A stretch of 64,000 nt of DNA from Podarcis erhardii (lineage: Eukaryota): assembly GCA_964252035.1 (NCBI GenBank), contig OZ176201.1, one strand, 5' to 3'. Every line of letters starts with the position of its first letter. The first letter of the stretch is position 1. The translations under genes and the position numbers were made by a program. The notes beneath the pieces were generated by a model that worked only from the letters and a program-made list of their open reading frames with translations, did no database searches and had not been told where the DNA came from. Shown one piece after another: positions 12,367 through 24,790 of this stretch.

Positions 12367-15300
12367 ACAGATGACTATTTAATGGTATGGTGGGGCTGAA
12401 CAGAATCAGAACACTGGTGTGGGGGTAGATATTTTCTAATCCTACACCCACTGCAGTCCCAGTCCAGATTCCCCCCCTGAATCTGCTACTAATGTGAGAA
12501 GGACAGCTTCCATTGAGGGGAATGGTAGTTTGGCTTCAAGTGCAAAGCGTAAACATAGGAGTGGGGACTGGTCTCTGGGGATTTCAGCATCATACATCGG
12601 ACAGGAGTTAAAAGGAATGCAGCTGCAGGTATCTTGCCCACGGATAATTTAGTTTGGGTAAATGACTTTTTTACCTGCTACTGATTTCCTATTCAGGATG
12701 GCAATTTTGTTTCTTGGGTTTTTTGTTTTTTTAACAGCTAAGATAGCAACAGGGATCAAGTACATAACAAGTATATTTCTCACACTTTCCTTTCCTTTGG
12801 GCAGTAGAACAAAAACCACTCAGAAAATGTAGAAAATAACTAAGTATAGTGAAACAGATGGGGTTGTATCGTATTATTTTGTTATGTTATGTGTTGTTAA
12901 CTAATTGTTTTTTTTAAAAAAAGAAACTTTACAAAGACTGGATTCCCCCCACCCCCAGTTCAGATCTCTGTGGGACATGCATTTGTAGTTTGATTTTGTC
13001 ATTTGCTTCTCCCAGCTCAGCAGTTATGGTGATGGTAGACTCCAAACTTTGATTTTTGAAAGTGAACTTAAAAGGTCTCTTAATCTTTATGGCCCAGTGA
13101 GAGGGAGAGAAGGCCACGTGGGGGGGGGAGGCGTAACCCCATCTCATGGCTTTCTCTGGCTCCCCTGCATACTATGAGTTGATTTGCTGAAAGTTGATAA
13201 ATGCAAACTGTAATCAATGCTCTGATTGCCTTGGAGAAGAAGTTCTTCTGAGTGTATAGAGCCTTCTCAAAAATATATTGCAATGTGATGAACCACAGCC
13301 ACTTTTGATGAAGTAGGGTTTTTTCAATTTGCCACTTAAAAGGAGCTATGAATATCATTCAGTCATACTTCCCTAGCAGCTCTTTCCAAGTGACTGTCAA
13401 GCTAAGATTACCTATTTTCTAAGATATTATAACTAGAAATTTTTCATCCCTTGAATGATGCATATTGATTGTAGTCTATATATATACATCTATCTTCTAG
13501 CCGAGTAGTGAAGACCTGAAATAAAATTTCACCTGTCACCGCTGTGTTTAATTTGTTAGCTTTCATGGCTGATAAGCCTTTATGCACCATGGAGCTGAAA
13601 ATACCTGTATGCTGGACACCAGATTTTTGAAAATGGATATAGCGGCATGCAACCTTGTACTTCTCTTCATCTATGAAACAGTAAATTAAGTTTGCTGTTA
13701 GATTGTGTGCGACTTTGGAATAACGATTGTACCTTGTATCTTAGGCAAGGGACCCCCCCCCCCAGCTAAGTAATTTCATTTATGCAAGATTTTTATAATA
13801 GTATTATACTCTCAAGGGGTTCGTGAGGCAGACCTGATGATGTCGCAAGCATAAACAGAGGAGAGGAATGGGAAGCCACAAAATCCATGAAAGAAAAGTT
13901 TAGGAAGCCTCCAGGTGCACAGAAATAGGTTTCTTGAGCCAAAAATATTCTGCAACGAAATTGGAAGCTAAGACTCAAGGTGGTTGTGCCTAAGAGTGAT
14001 ATATTTCTAAATAAACTCACGTCTGTGCCCCCATGTTGTAATTTTGGAATCAAACATTGACCCTAGCAAGTAAAACAAAAAGATCATGTGGCTATTTCAA
14101 ATCTCATTGTGGGTATTTCATATGATCTGTTTGGTACAGTATGTTCAGTTCATTGACAAAAAGCATATAAACAAAGGGGATGAAACAAAGGGGTTGGGAA
14201 AATGCAATAGACAACCAAAAGGTGTCTCTCTGCAACTCTGCCCCATCCCAGCTTATCTTGTTTGGTAAAAGAGGTGAGTGGGATGTGCAGTAGCCCTGAT
14301 TCTAGGCATTAGTTACATGCTGGGGAGATACTGGTGGGGAGATACCAGCAGCACTTTGTAGAAATGTCCTATAATGTAAATTGAGTGTACCATGTATTGA
14401 TGTTTTCCAGCACCAGCTTTCTTTCAACAAGTGATCTAATCTTTTCGCAAGCAGGAATAGATTTTTATTTGTATTCCACAGAGCTATTTTCTTTGAGGCA
14501 CCATTATTTATAATAGCTTCCCTCCAAGCCTGCGTTCCTGCAAAACTGCTCCATTGTTTAAATTGATAGCCTGCTTGTTCACAGTTCACTGCTGTGGATT
14601 TTTCAGCCACAGTCCCCACACCAGGGACGAAGTGGCTGAGCTCCGGGGATGGGCTAAATGAAATAAATATATTTATACCATACATCTGAAGAGTTCTCAT
14701 GAGCAGGATGTTTCATTTGTTTCTGTTTTTTGCTTCTGTTTTGTTTTTTAAAATCTATCCCTTGTCCAGTTTGTGATCAATCCACCCCCGGAATGTTTAC
14801 AGCAAAGGCCACAATAAAAATGCAATAAATAAATAAATGAGAGTGCAATCCTTGGTAGGGGGACACATATCTCTGGACTAGAGATATTGCTTTCAGTATG
14901 AATAACAGAATACTATTTTGCCCTTTCAACCAAAAACAGATGCAATAGCTGCCATGAAAATATGCATTTGGGAGCTAGTCTAAACCTTTGCACTCAATGG
15001 CAAATGACGTCATAATCAGTACTTTCCGAAGTCCTTTGGGATTGGCAATGCCAGGCTTACATTCAGATGGTTGTGAGGCAAATGTAAATATTACAACATT
15101 TATTTATAGTATAGAAGGAAGGTTTAAAGATCTACAAAAGATACATGCACACTTTTTCTTAAACACTTATTCCATGGTGGGATTTCTTCACTCTGTTATC
15201 TTAGAATATGGTAATTATTCATTTCTCCTTTCTATATAAAACAGATCACACTTTGGAACTGTATTGGAAAAAAAAGAAAGATGCCCTCTACTTGCTTAGC

Positions 15301-17052
15301 GTTAATACTTAGCTGAAGTGTACAACATTTAAGAACTAGGTTTGAGAATTTACAAATTCTTGCTCTCTGTCTTCCTCTCTTTTCTTTTTTAGATTAACCA
15401 ATCTTTTTTGTTCTTTTTATTTTTACTTGGACACAATTCAAAATGAGTTCTAGTTAGGCACTGAACTTAATTTCTCTGGATTTGTAGTATCCTGAGCTCT
15501 TCTATTATTAATTAATTAAGTAAGTAAGTTTCTATACCATCCTATACCCTCAGGGTGGTTGCAATATAAAATCACAATATAGAAACACAAAATACATTAT
15601 AAAAACAAAAACAACCCAATCTATGCAATGTGCAGTATTTCTAGAAATAAATTAAGCAGTTCATACAGCACAACACTGATATTTATTCAGAAATAACTAA
15701 AATCAGTTTTGTGAGTTCTATAAAACTAGCCATGGTACATTGGGTTGCAAGCTTAATTTCAGTTTTCCAGAATTTTAGAATTCTATTTTTATATACTTCC
15801 CCCAAATCAAAAGATGGAAGCTCATTATATCTGACCACAGTGCCCTTATTTACCAAAGGAATGTGGTGTTTTGTAAGAGGGCTTGTGTTAAAGCAATGCA
15901 AAAGAGTCCACCTGGGTAGGTGATTACAAAAGCACCAATTAAAGCCTAGTTGAAGATGGCTCCTCCCATGGACCTTTTTCGAATCAGGACGCATTGGCAG
16001 CCAGGAAGGCTGTGGAGCACAGCATAAATGTTTACTGTAAGAGTAGCTAACCTGTGGCCCTCCAGATATTGCTGGACTACAACTCTCATAATTCCTGAGC
16101 ATGGTTTTAATGCATGAAGAGTTTCATGTGAACCCCTTATGTTAGAAATCATTGGATCCTGAATGGAATGTGTTAAGTCCCTGAGCCATGGGTGCTGTAT
16201 TTCCTTAAAGACCAAATCCAAGAGAACAAGACAACATTGGTCTGATGGCGGCCTTGGAGCTTAGTTCTATGACTCTATGATCTCTGTCATTTTTGGGGGG
16301 CATTGAAAAGTACCTTGTGTAGTCTGGTGCCTTGAGTTTGGCACACATGCTTTAGCCAGGGGCTTTTGTGAGGGATGGGAGAAAAGTTGCTGCAGCCATT
16401 TCCAGATTGGTGCAGCAGAGAATCCCAAAGATTGGTACCCATGGGATTTTGATCCTATGGATGCGAAACCTTCAAGCCTTCCCTTGGTGCAAAACACCCT
16501 GCTTCTGGGATTTCTGCTGGCTACTGCCAGCATTGCATCTCAGCCATCACAGGCAGCTTGGGGGCTCCACTATGGCAGAGCCATTCCACCAGTGGTGCTC
16601 TTTCCACCAGCAGAATCTGGAAGAGAGGAGGGTGTATGTTGTCCTATAGTACCCTGTGCCTGAAAACAGGCTAGTCTACATGAAATGCCCAATGTGGAAG
16701 CAGCACTAGAAGCAGAGAATCTGAAACATTATGTTAATGAATAAACTCACTTGATGCAGGTATCTTTGGAAAGGAGAATCTGAGTAACATAATTTTTTCA
16801 AGGTTAATTAGACTTTGTTTCTACAATACTGGATCCAGGCAAGACCTGGATAAATTTTAACACAAGATTTGTTAGATATGATGTAAGGTTCCATACCTGG
16901 CATGGTGAAACTAAACTGATTTATTAATGGGTTCTGCAGAGCTCCTTGGCTGGGCTCCACTGCTTGAAGGCTGTTGCAAGTTGCTTGAGCCAGGGGGAGA
17001 GAGGGAGTGGGGAATATAGAGTCTAGGTTAAGGGGACTTCGGTATGTCTGAC

Positions 17053-17054
<2 letters not shown>

Positions 17055-17085
<31 letters not shown>
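17055..17085 (+). repeat. (AC)n microsatellite
   Basis: Read directly. Similar tracts occur near 18930, 31025 and 42373. Confidence 0.9.
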
Positions 17086-17088
<3 letters not shown>

Positions 17089-17711
17089 AAGATCTTAAAC
17101 CAAGTGGGGAAGGTGATCATTTAATATACCCTGGCCTGGAGCGCAACAACAGAAGCGGGCTCTTCTTTCAGAGCCCTCTAGCTTTTTAGGCAGGCCAGAT
17201 CCCAAACCCACTCTGCCCAGCTAGTCTAATTTTGCTCAGGACTCTGGCTCCATCCCTGTGAAACTCATAAGCAATTTAATGCGAAATGAAATCTGTACCC
17301 AGATGAATTCAAAACGTTGGTATAGTTTTTGGATGGGAAACAAAAATTAGGCTGAAAATAACTCCTTATCACCATTCGAGGCTACTTCCCATGCTAACAA
17401 TTGCATCAGAGAAGCACTCCCACAAATCACTCCTCTGTCAACATTTGCAACATGGGGAGGATTTATTAGCCTGTCTACAAATGAGACAGACATGAGCATG
17501 CTTAACTATTCCCAGATTCTTGGCATATCCGTGTTTGTCTCAGGAGTAAACACATAAACCGTCTCCATACTGTAATTTTAGCCACACAATATGGGCAAAT
17601 CAGTCTGGGAATCAGGTCTCAGGAGCAAATCTTTAGAGTTTCATCTCCACAGAAAGTGGTATCATGATGAGGCTAGGAGGTCATGGGTGATTTTCACATA
17701 TGATGTCTGAT

Positions 17712-18245
17712 TAGTCTGGAGGATACAAGATTGAGGGGAGACATGATCACTGTCTTCAAAATATTTGAGGGGTTGGCATGCAGAATAGGAAGGTTTGTCC
17801 TCTGTGCCTCCAGAGGAAGGACGAGAAATAACAGGGAAACAGACTTTGGCTAAGCATTAGGAGAAACCGCCTAACAAGAACTGTTTGACAGTAGGAAAGA
17901 CTGCCTTGGGAGATGGTGAGTTTTCCTTCACTAGAAGCATATATGCAGATGCTCAGCATCATAGTTTTAGACTTGCATGGGACCATGAGGGTCAGGACAG
18001 GAATCTTTTGCCTAGTGTGGGGCTTGAACCCATGACCTCATCCTCTGAGCTACTGACTGAGCTGCTTAGGTCCTGCTTGCAGGCTTACCATCGACATCTG
18101 GTTGGACACTGAGAGAGCAGGGTGGACCATTGACCTGATCCAACAGGATCTTCTCATGTTCTTATGGATGTAATTGCATCCTGCACTGAACAGGAAATTG
18201 GACTACATAACTTCCAGCTGTCCCTTCCAGCTCCAACATTCTGTA
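17712..18245 (+). mobile_element. CR1 3' fragment interrupted by SINE-like sequence
   Basis: AGTCTGG...TTGAGGGGAGACATGAT...TTCCTTCACTAGAAG, resuming at CCTGCACTGAACAGG...GTCCCTTCCAGCTC. A reverse B-box (GGGCTTGAACCCATGACCT) lies near 18020. Confidence 0.6.
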
Positions 18246-18967
18246 ATAATTTAGGCACCCTTTAAATAGCGAGGAGCACCCTAGTTTTTTTGGGAGTGGG
18301 GGCGGGCACAATGATGGAACCAGTGATTATAAGCTTTCAAAAGCACAGTTGTATTAAGGCAAAACAGGGCTACTCTGAATGTGAAGAATACAACTGTCTA
18401 GCATTATTCTTACAGTGTTCTCGGAGTGCATGGTAGGAACTAGTGCTACCTACTGCTGAAACAAAAGAGATGGGGGCGTGGAGACACAGATGCCAGCCAC
18501 GAATAAAGCCGATCTTGATTAAGTGCTTTCCCAGGTCATTCAGGGGCTGTCTATGTAAAACTCCAGATGTTCAGGCAATTCATAGTGAACTGGAGACATT
18601 TCTAAAACTTATGCTACTGATTCCTGTGAGCGTATGTGCAGCTGTGCATAGCTTCAGCACATTCTGATGCCTTAAAACCTGGCTGTATGCAGCGCTGTCA
18701 CAGTTTGCCGCATACATCAAAATCATCTTGATGAAGTATGTCTGGACAACATAGTCTGCCAATTTATCCAGACTCATGAACATTACAAATTTGTGTCTGG
18801 GCAATAATTAATTCTGTTCCATTTCATGCTGCAATTAGAACAAAAAGCACGTGAACTCTTAAACTTTCTTATTTCCATAGCCTAGCAATAAACCCTAGTT
18901 TCCACAGAAATTTAAATGCTATTTTGAACACACACACACACACACACACACATTGCAGATAGTCATG

Positions 18968-19168
18968 TAAAAGGTAGAGGTAAAGAACCACTGGACAGTT
19001 AAGTCCAGTCAAAGGTGACTATGGGGTTGCGGCGCTCATCTTACTCTCAGGCCGAGGGAGCCAGCGTTTGTCCGCAGACAGCTTTTCAAGTCATGTGGCC
19101 AGCATGACTAAACCGTTTCTGGCGCAATGGAACACTGTGAAGAAAGCCAGAGCGCATGGAAACGCCGT
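18968..19168 (-). mobile_element. Sauria SINE 3' part
   Basis: Reverse complement of the SINE body and tail seen at 3451-3792. Confidence 0.75.
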
Positions 19169-19403
19169 GTATCCTGGAGATGACAGATCAGTCTCCCTTT
19201 TCTCCAAGTTTTCTCCCAAAAAATCTCCCTGTTTTGGCCTTGACTGGTAAGAGCTGGCCAGGTATGGGTTTGTGGGAAGGGGAGACTACTGCTCTCCAGC
19301 CCCTGTTAAAATTGATCTGCTTGTAAACTGTTCATTGTATATCTCTTTGTGGATAGCAGGTGTGTGATACTGTAAAGCTTGAGTTAGACTATCTGGAATT
19401 TAA

Positions 19404-19495
19404 GGCTCCCTCAGACAATAAAGCGAGATGAGCACTTCAACCCCAGAGTCGGTCACGACTGGACCTAATGGTCAGGGGTCCCTTTACCTTTACCT
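19404..19495 (+). mobile_element. Sauria SINE 3' fragment
   Basis: GGCTCCCTC...AAAGCGAGATGAGC...GGACCTAATGGTCAGGGGTCCCTTTACCTTTACC. Confidence 0.8.
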
Positions 19496-19576
19496 ATTTA
19501 GAAATATGCTTTATTTTGACAGACCTATCTTTTGGAATGCATAATGCTTGTGGAAACGGGGCTTTGCCCACCATTA

Positions 19577-19620
<44 letters not shown>

Positions 19621-19740
19621 AAACTGTCCTTCATCCAAATATTTCAGGGTGGTTCACAAGATAAAAATGCAAGATAAAAGCACAAAATAAATAGTTAAAA
19701 CAAACACATTTAAACGGCCATAGAATATTAAACAGCTGAA
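19577..19740 (-). mobile_element. LINE (L2-like) 3' tail with (GAT)n microsatellite
   Basis: About 14 GAT units abutting CCTTCATCC...CAGGGTGGTTCACAAGATAAAA, typical of a reverse-strand lizard LINE tail. Confidence 0.5.
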
Positions 19741-21756
19741 GAAATATAAGAGCCAAGAAGTGTTATCAGTGAGCTTTCTTTTCCCTTTGTACATTCCATG
19801 GCATTGCATTTGTTCTGGCTGAATGCAGTCTTTGTCTCAGCTCTACCTTTTAGGGTCAATAATATCTATGACAACAACTTAATTGCTACATGCATTTGGA
19901 CAATTATATTTCAGATTCCTGTCAGTGTACCTGTTTGTCCACAGGCACTGTTTATATTAAATATCAATAAAGAACCTGATAGCAACTGCAGAAATGGCAC
20001 TAAAACAAATTGTACATTGCCACATATGTCTTATCAAAAGGGTGAAAGGAGAAAGCTTCCGGGGGTTTTTTATTGCAAAGGTTGTTGCCAGGAAACTTCT
20101 CTGAAAAAGGCTAATCAAGAGAGGCCTTTAAAGGACTGACAGAGAAGCGAAATATATTTGCTTCATTTTGCTGGCTTCTGATTTGCTTTAAATTTGCTGG
20201 CTTGTGATTCTATTCCATGAAAGAAGGAGGATGATCTCCGCCCTGCTTTGCATTATTGCTGCTCCCAAAATAATTTACACATTTCACATCTAATAGTAGA
20301 GAATACAGAGTACCCGTAAGATTGAGAAAATGTTTCAGATAAAGCAGTGACAATTTAAGGAATTCATGGAAGTGGAATATAGAATGAATAGTGAAGTCTT
20401 CTGCATATTGTTATAAGAGCTGCTGTGAAATTCTAATCATGACAAATGGTTAGGATTTTAATAGTCTTTTTCAACATCATCTTTTACATACCCAGGAGGC
20501 TTGATCTCCATATTCTGCAGGTTGAGTAGGTATAATCTGGTCATTTTAAGAGTCAATGTAATCCAGAGAATATAGAACTTGACTTGGTCATGTTCTATGG
20601 ACTTGGATCTGTGTTCATTCTCTGGCTTGGAAAATGATTTATTGGATAGCCTAGGGTAAATTATCCTCCCCTAGGTAATCTTTTTTCCACTTACATTTTG
20701 AAATGTTCACAGGAAACCAGCCAATAGTTTCCATTTCATTTATTAAAAAAAAACATATAGCTTGTTTTCAGTTATTTTGATTCTTAGGGTAGGTGACAGC
20801 AAAATAATAACGCAAGTAGTTTATAAAAATGCAATGATGAAATTTTAAAAGTAAGCAATTATAGCCTACGAGTAGCACAAGAATCAAAAGCAAATCAAAG
20901 CAAATGTAGCTTCCTCATTTCCCTTATCCATTATAAGCTTGTTTAAAAAGAAGCATCTTTGCAGCTATCCTAAAAGGCCCAAGCAGATAGAAGTGACTTT
21001 CTTTTTCAGGTGAGAAGCCACCACCCCAAAACCCCTGTTCTACATAGAGGTCAAGTTTACATCTAGTGTCAGCGGCAGCATCCGCAACAAACATTTCCCC
21101 ACTCCATCAGCAACATTTAAAACTACAGTAGCGTGAAAGAGAAATCTCCCTACCTGCTCCATTGTTAGATAAATGGTGGGCTGTTTCCCTTGTGTAGGGA
21201 AGTGGAATGGAAAAGCCAAAATTGTTGGCTTTTTTCCCTTTTGCAAGAGAGCAGAGCAGTGTGAACCATCCACCCCTTTCAGTTAGTGTAGGTGTGAAAG
21301 ACAAAGTCAAAGACCTTTGGTCTCAGCTTCCAGAGGTGAGAAATGTGGCAGCTGTTTCCCTCCAAAATACTTTTGTGTGGCCATGGTGCTGCTAGGAGAG
21401 AAGAAAACACAAGGATGATCCCCTCACATCCAAACATTTTATGCTTTCCCAGCATGGGTAGAGGGTATTCCTCCTGGGAACCACCACAAACTCTTAATGG
21501 CCTCAATTTGGCTTCAACTTCCTAAATGTAAAGTTTGGTGCTTTTAGTGATTAACATTTAGTTTGCTGTGGTAAGTGTGATTAAAGTAACAGGGAAAATA
21601 TTTCATTACCTTATTTATTTTAGTATTGAAACAACCTGGCTTCAGCATTCTGAACCAGCTGCAGTTTCCAAATCACTCCCAAGGGAAGCCCCACATGGAG
21701 TGCATTACAGTAGTCCAGTTGTGAGGTAACCAGTTCATGAATCACAGTGACTAAAC

Positions 21757-21892
21757 CAGGCTTCCTCAACCTTGGTCCTCCAGATGTTTTTGGCCTACAA
21801 CTCCCGTGATCCCTAGCTAGCAGGACCAGTGGTCAGGGATGATGGGAATTGTAGTCTCAAAACATTTGGAGGACCCAGGTTCACGAAACCTG
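21757..21892. mobile_element. hAT-type MITE with 8-bp TSD, inside an old L2 fragment (about 21680-22000, minus)
   Basis: CAGG...CCTG, nearly fully palindromic 136 bp. Perfect TSD GACTAAAC at 21749-21756 and 21893-21900. Confidence 0.88.
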
Positions 21893-22672
21893 GACTAAAC
21901 TATGGCTGTAGTTGGCAAACAGAACTACAGGTGCTTCTCACCACAGAGCTTACCTGAGCCCCCAGTGAGAGAGAATGGATCTAGGAGAGTCCCCAAACTA
22001 TGTGCCTGCTCTCTCAGAGCGACTTTTTCAACTCCTCAGTTCCCAGACCTGGGGTACATCTGTAGTGCAGAAGATTGAAAATTTGGCTGTTGTGCTTCAA
22101 TTAGTAAAAATTGGTAGTTTTTGTCTTTCCAAACTGATGATCCCTGACCTCTTAGCCAGGTTTGATTTCAGCTAGAACAATGGTTCCTGTCCAGGATATC
22201 TCTGGTATTGTTGGTTTTAATTTTTCATGCCCTCCCATATTTAGAAAAGCATGCCACTCAAGGGAGACACGTCTTTTAAACAAAGCCTGCTCTGTTTTAA
22301 TGAACAGCATGTGCTTGTAAATATAAATATTTAGATGAAAGCTTAGTTCAAAGATATGTAGCTCATACAATTTCACTGCTCCCTCCTCTCCTAGTGTTTT
22401 CCTTGATGAATGTTAGTGCAGAAAACAATTCACCTCTTTTCCACTCCATTAAAATTACCCCATTAAACTAAGTCGATTGAGATCAACCATTATTTTACAC
22501 GTCATTGGAACTACTGTACTGAACGCTTGGGCATGTGTTTATCTGCATTGACACTGAGGAATTTTAAAGTGTCCTCCCCTCCCGATAGTTATTTTTTAAA
22601 ATGACTTTTAAAACCTCTGGCTGAATTGCTATAAGAATCTTTGTCAGTTTCCCTCCCCGCGCCAACCCCACG

Positions 22673-23082
22673 GTCATGTCCACAGAAGGAAGATGGCAGG
22701 ATTCCCAAGGATGTGCTTTACGGGAAGCTGGGTGCAGGCACTAGGGCTGTTGGCAGACCAACTCCGCGTTACAAAGACAACATTAACCCTGCCATATGGA
22801 AATCCCTTGCAGATGATCGCAGTACCTGGAGACAGTCAGGTCATGTATCCACAGCAGTGACCAGAGGAGGAATGACCACAGGGAGAAGCACAGAGAAAAG
22901 AAATGCCGTAGTCTTCCTCTAGCAGCAATATTGGGCACCTTGATCTGCCCCACCTGCAATAAAACATGTCTCTCCCATCTCCGTCTCTACAGCCGTAGCA
23001 GGTGCTGTAACTCTCCAACAGCTTGACTTTACCCCTGAAGGTGTGCTCTTCCATTTTCTTTCAAGGCAGGCAGATGCCAACA
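22673..23082 (+). mobile_element. RTE-clade LINE 3' fragment
   Basis: EDGRIPKDVLYG..GRPT.RYKD...WKSLADDRS.W and a Cys/His knuckle (CPTCNKTC..HL..YS...C). Ends GGCAGATGCCAAC about 85 nt before exon 6. Confidence 0.75.
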
Positions 23083-23166
23083 CACAACTTGCAGCCGCTG
23101 GGGAGGATGTTATTGGATGCTAATTACCCAACCAAAGTTCTCTCACACCTTCTCCTTCTTTTTCAG

Positions 23167-23298
23167 ATCCTGCTATTGTGAACGGAGTCTTTTGGTCTGA
23201 ATCGTTAAACAAAGTGTTTGTTGACAACTTTGACCGTGACCCTTCCCTTATATGGCAATATTTTGGAAGCGCAAAGGGCTTTTTTAGGCAATACCCAG
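23167..23298 (+). CDS. CACNA2D3: CACNA2D3 coding exon (exon 6 equivalent), 132 nt, phase 1-1
   Basis: Polypyrimidine tract plus tttcAG; donor CAG/GTAAGA. Translates (D)[43 protein letters not shown](G), in frame with the previous exon. Confidence 0.97.
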
Positions 23299-24790
23299 GT
23301 AAGAAGACATTTTGGGGAGGGTGATTCCCTCCACCCTGGTAAGAGCCTTCTCTGTTCATTTTTTTATTTTTATTTTGCTTTTGTTAGTGAAGTAGCTATG
23401 GTACTCTGTGGACAGTACTTGGCTGGAGTAAATTATTGCTCTTTGAAAAGGAAGATACACATTCTTGGGTTACTGTGTTCCAGTGAACTGACCCTTTCTT
23501 GACTCACCCTTCTGCTCTCCTTCCATCCTCTGCTTGTACTGAGAAGCAGAAGCACATATGCCAAGGTATTGCTGGCATATTCCTTCTTGTGAACTGCTTC
23601 CTGGACTTAGGATCAGAACAGTTCATTCCAAGTTGAATTTGTTCTGAGTGTAGGCACCATTAGCACAGGCATATACTCCAAGACCTTCTGAAGCAGCAAA
23701 TAGTCTTCTTTTTTTTCTCGGAGGAAGGAAACAGCTGAAACCCTTAGGATATCTCTCCTACTGCAGCAACATTTGAATTTTTAATAGAAAGGAAGTTTTA
23801 ATTTTGCTTGGGAATTTAGAAAGCATGACTTGAGGCTGCGGTAGTGCTGACACCGCAGCTGTGGCAATAAAAGCACATAAGTAAAAATAATGATGTTAAA
23901 CAGATAATTTTAGAGCACTTTAACTGTTTCCTGGTTTTCTTACATACAGTTAATATGATCACACCATTTCTCCTCTGCTGTCAAATATTTATTTTGCTAG
24001 CTGTTTTGATTGGTGTTTGTTCAAAAGGATGAAGCATTAGTAATGTGTTTTATTTTGCAGCCATTTATATCAAACAGAAATATGCAGTGCAATTATAGAC
24101 TATGAGTGCTGTCAAACTTGGACTTAAAATTGCAAAAGCATTGTTGGAAACATTAAAAAAAATACTGTATTTTCTGCAGAAAGGATAAATCCAGATTAAA
24201 CAAGGAAAATAATACTGGATGGCATTGTGATGCTAATGTGTGGGTGTTGTGAAAAACTTCTTTGCTTGAACAGCAACAGTCTCACAATAAACCATCCTAT
24301 TTTGTGATAATAGAATGGCTTTGAGTTGATAACTCTGTGTGTCCTTCTTTCAATAATTTGCAATTAAATCTCTGGAAATCCAGATCACAGTAACGTAAGT
24401 TCTGTGGCTTTCATTCTAAGGATTTATGTGCTGGAGTTACTTTTTTTTTTTTAATATCTCGGAAAGTACATAGGAAACACAGCTCTAAATTTCTCCTCAG
24501 TTCTGAATTCACTTGCTGACCATGGGCAAATATTATTCCTTAGCCTCAGTTTCTCATCTGAAAATTTTGATTACTAGGGGCTTACTGCAGAAGGTTCCCA
24601 TAGGGACAAATAAGCTATTTAGAACACTTTGGCATTCTAAAATGAAATTATTTATATTGGACACGATCCAACCAAAATTAAGCATTTTTTTATAAAAAAA
24701 CTATGCAGTTCAAGTGTTAAGTGGTTGCTTAAAATTATTGTGATTTAAAAACATTTTGGCTGGATCATGTCTAGTATAAGATTGCTAATG

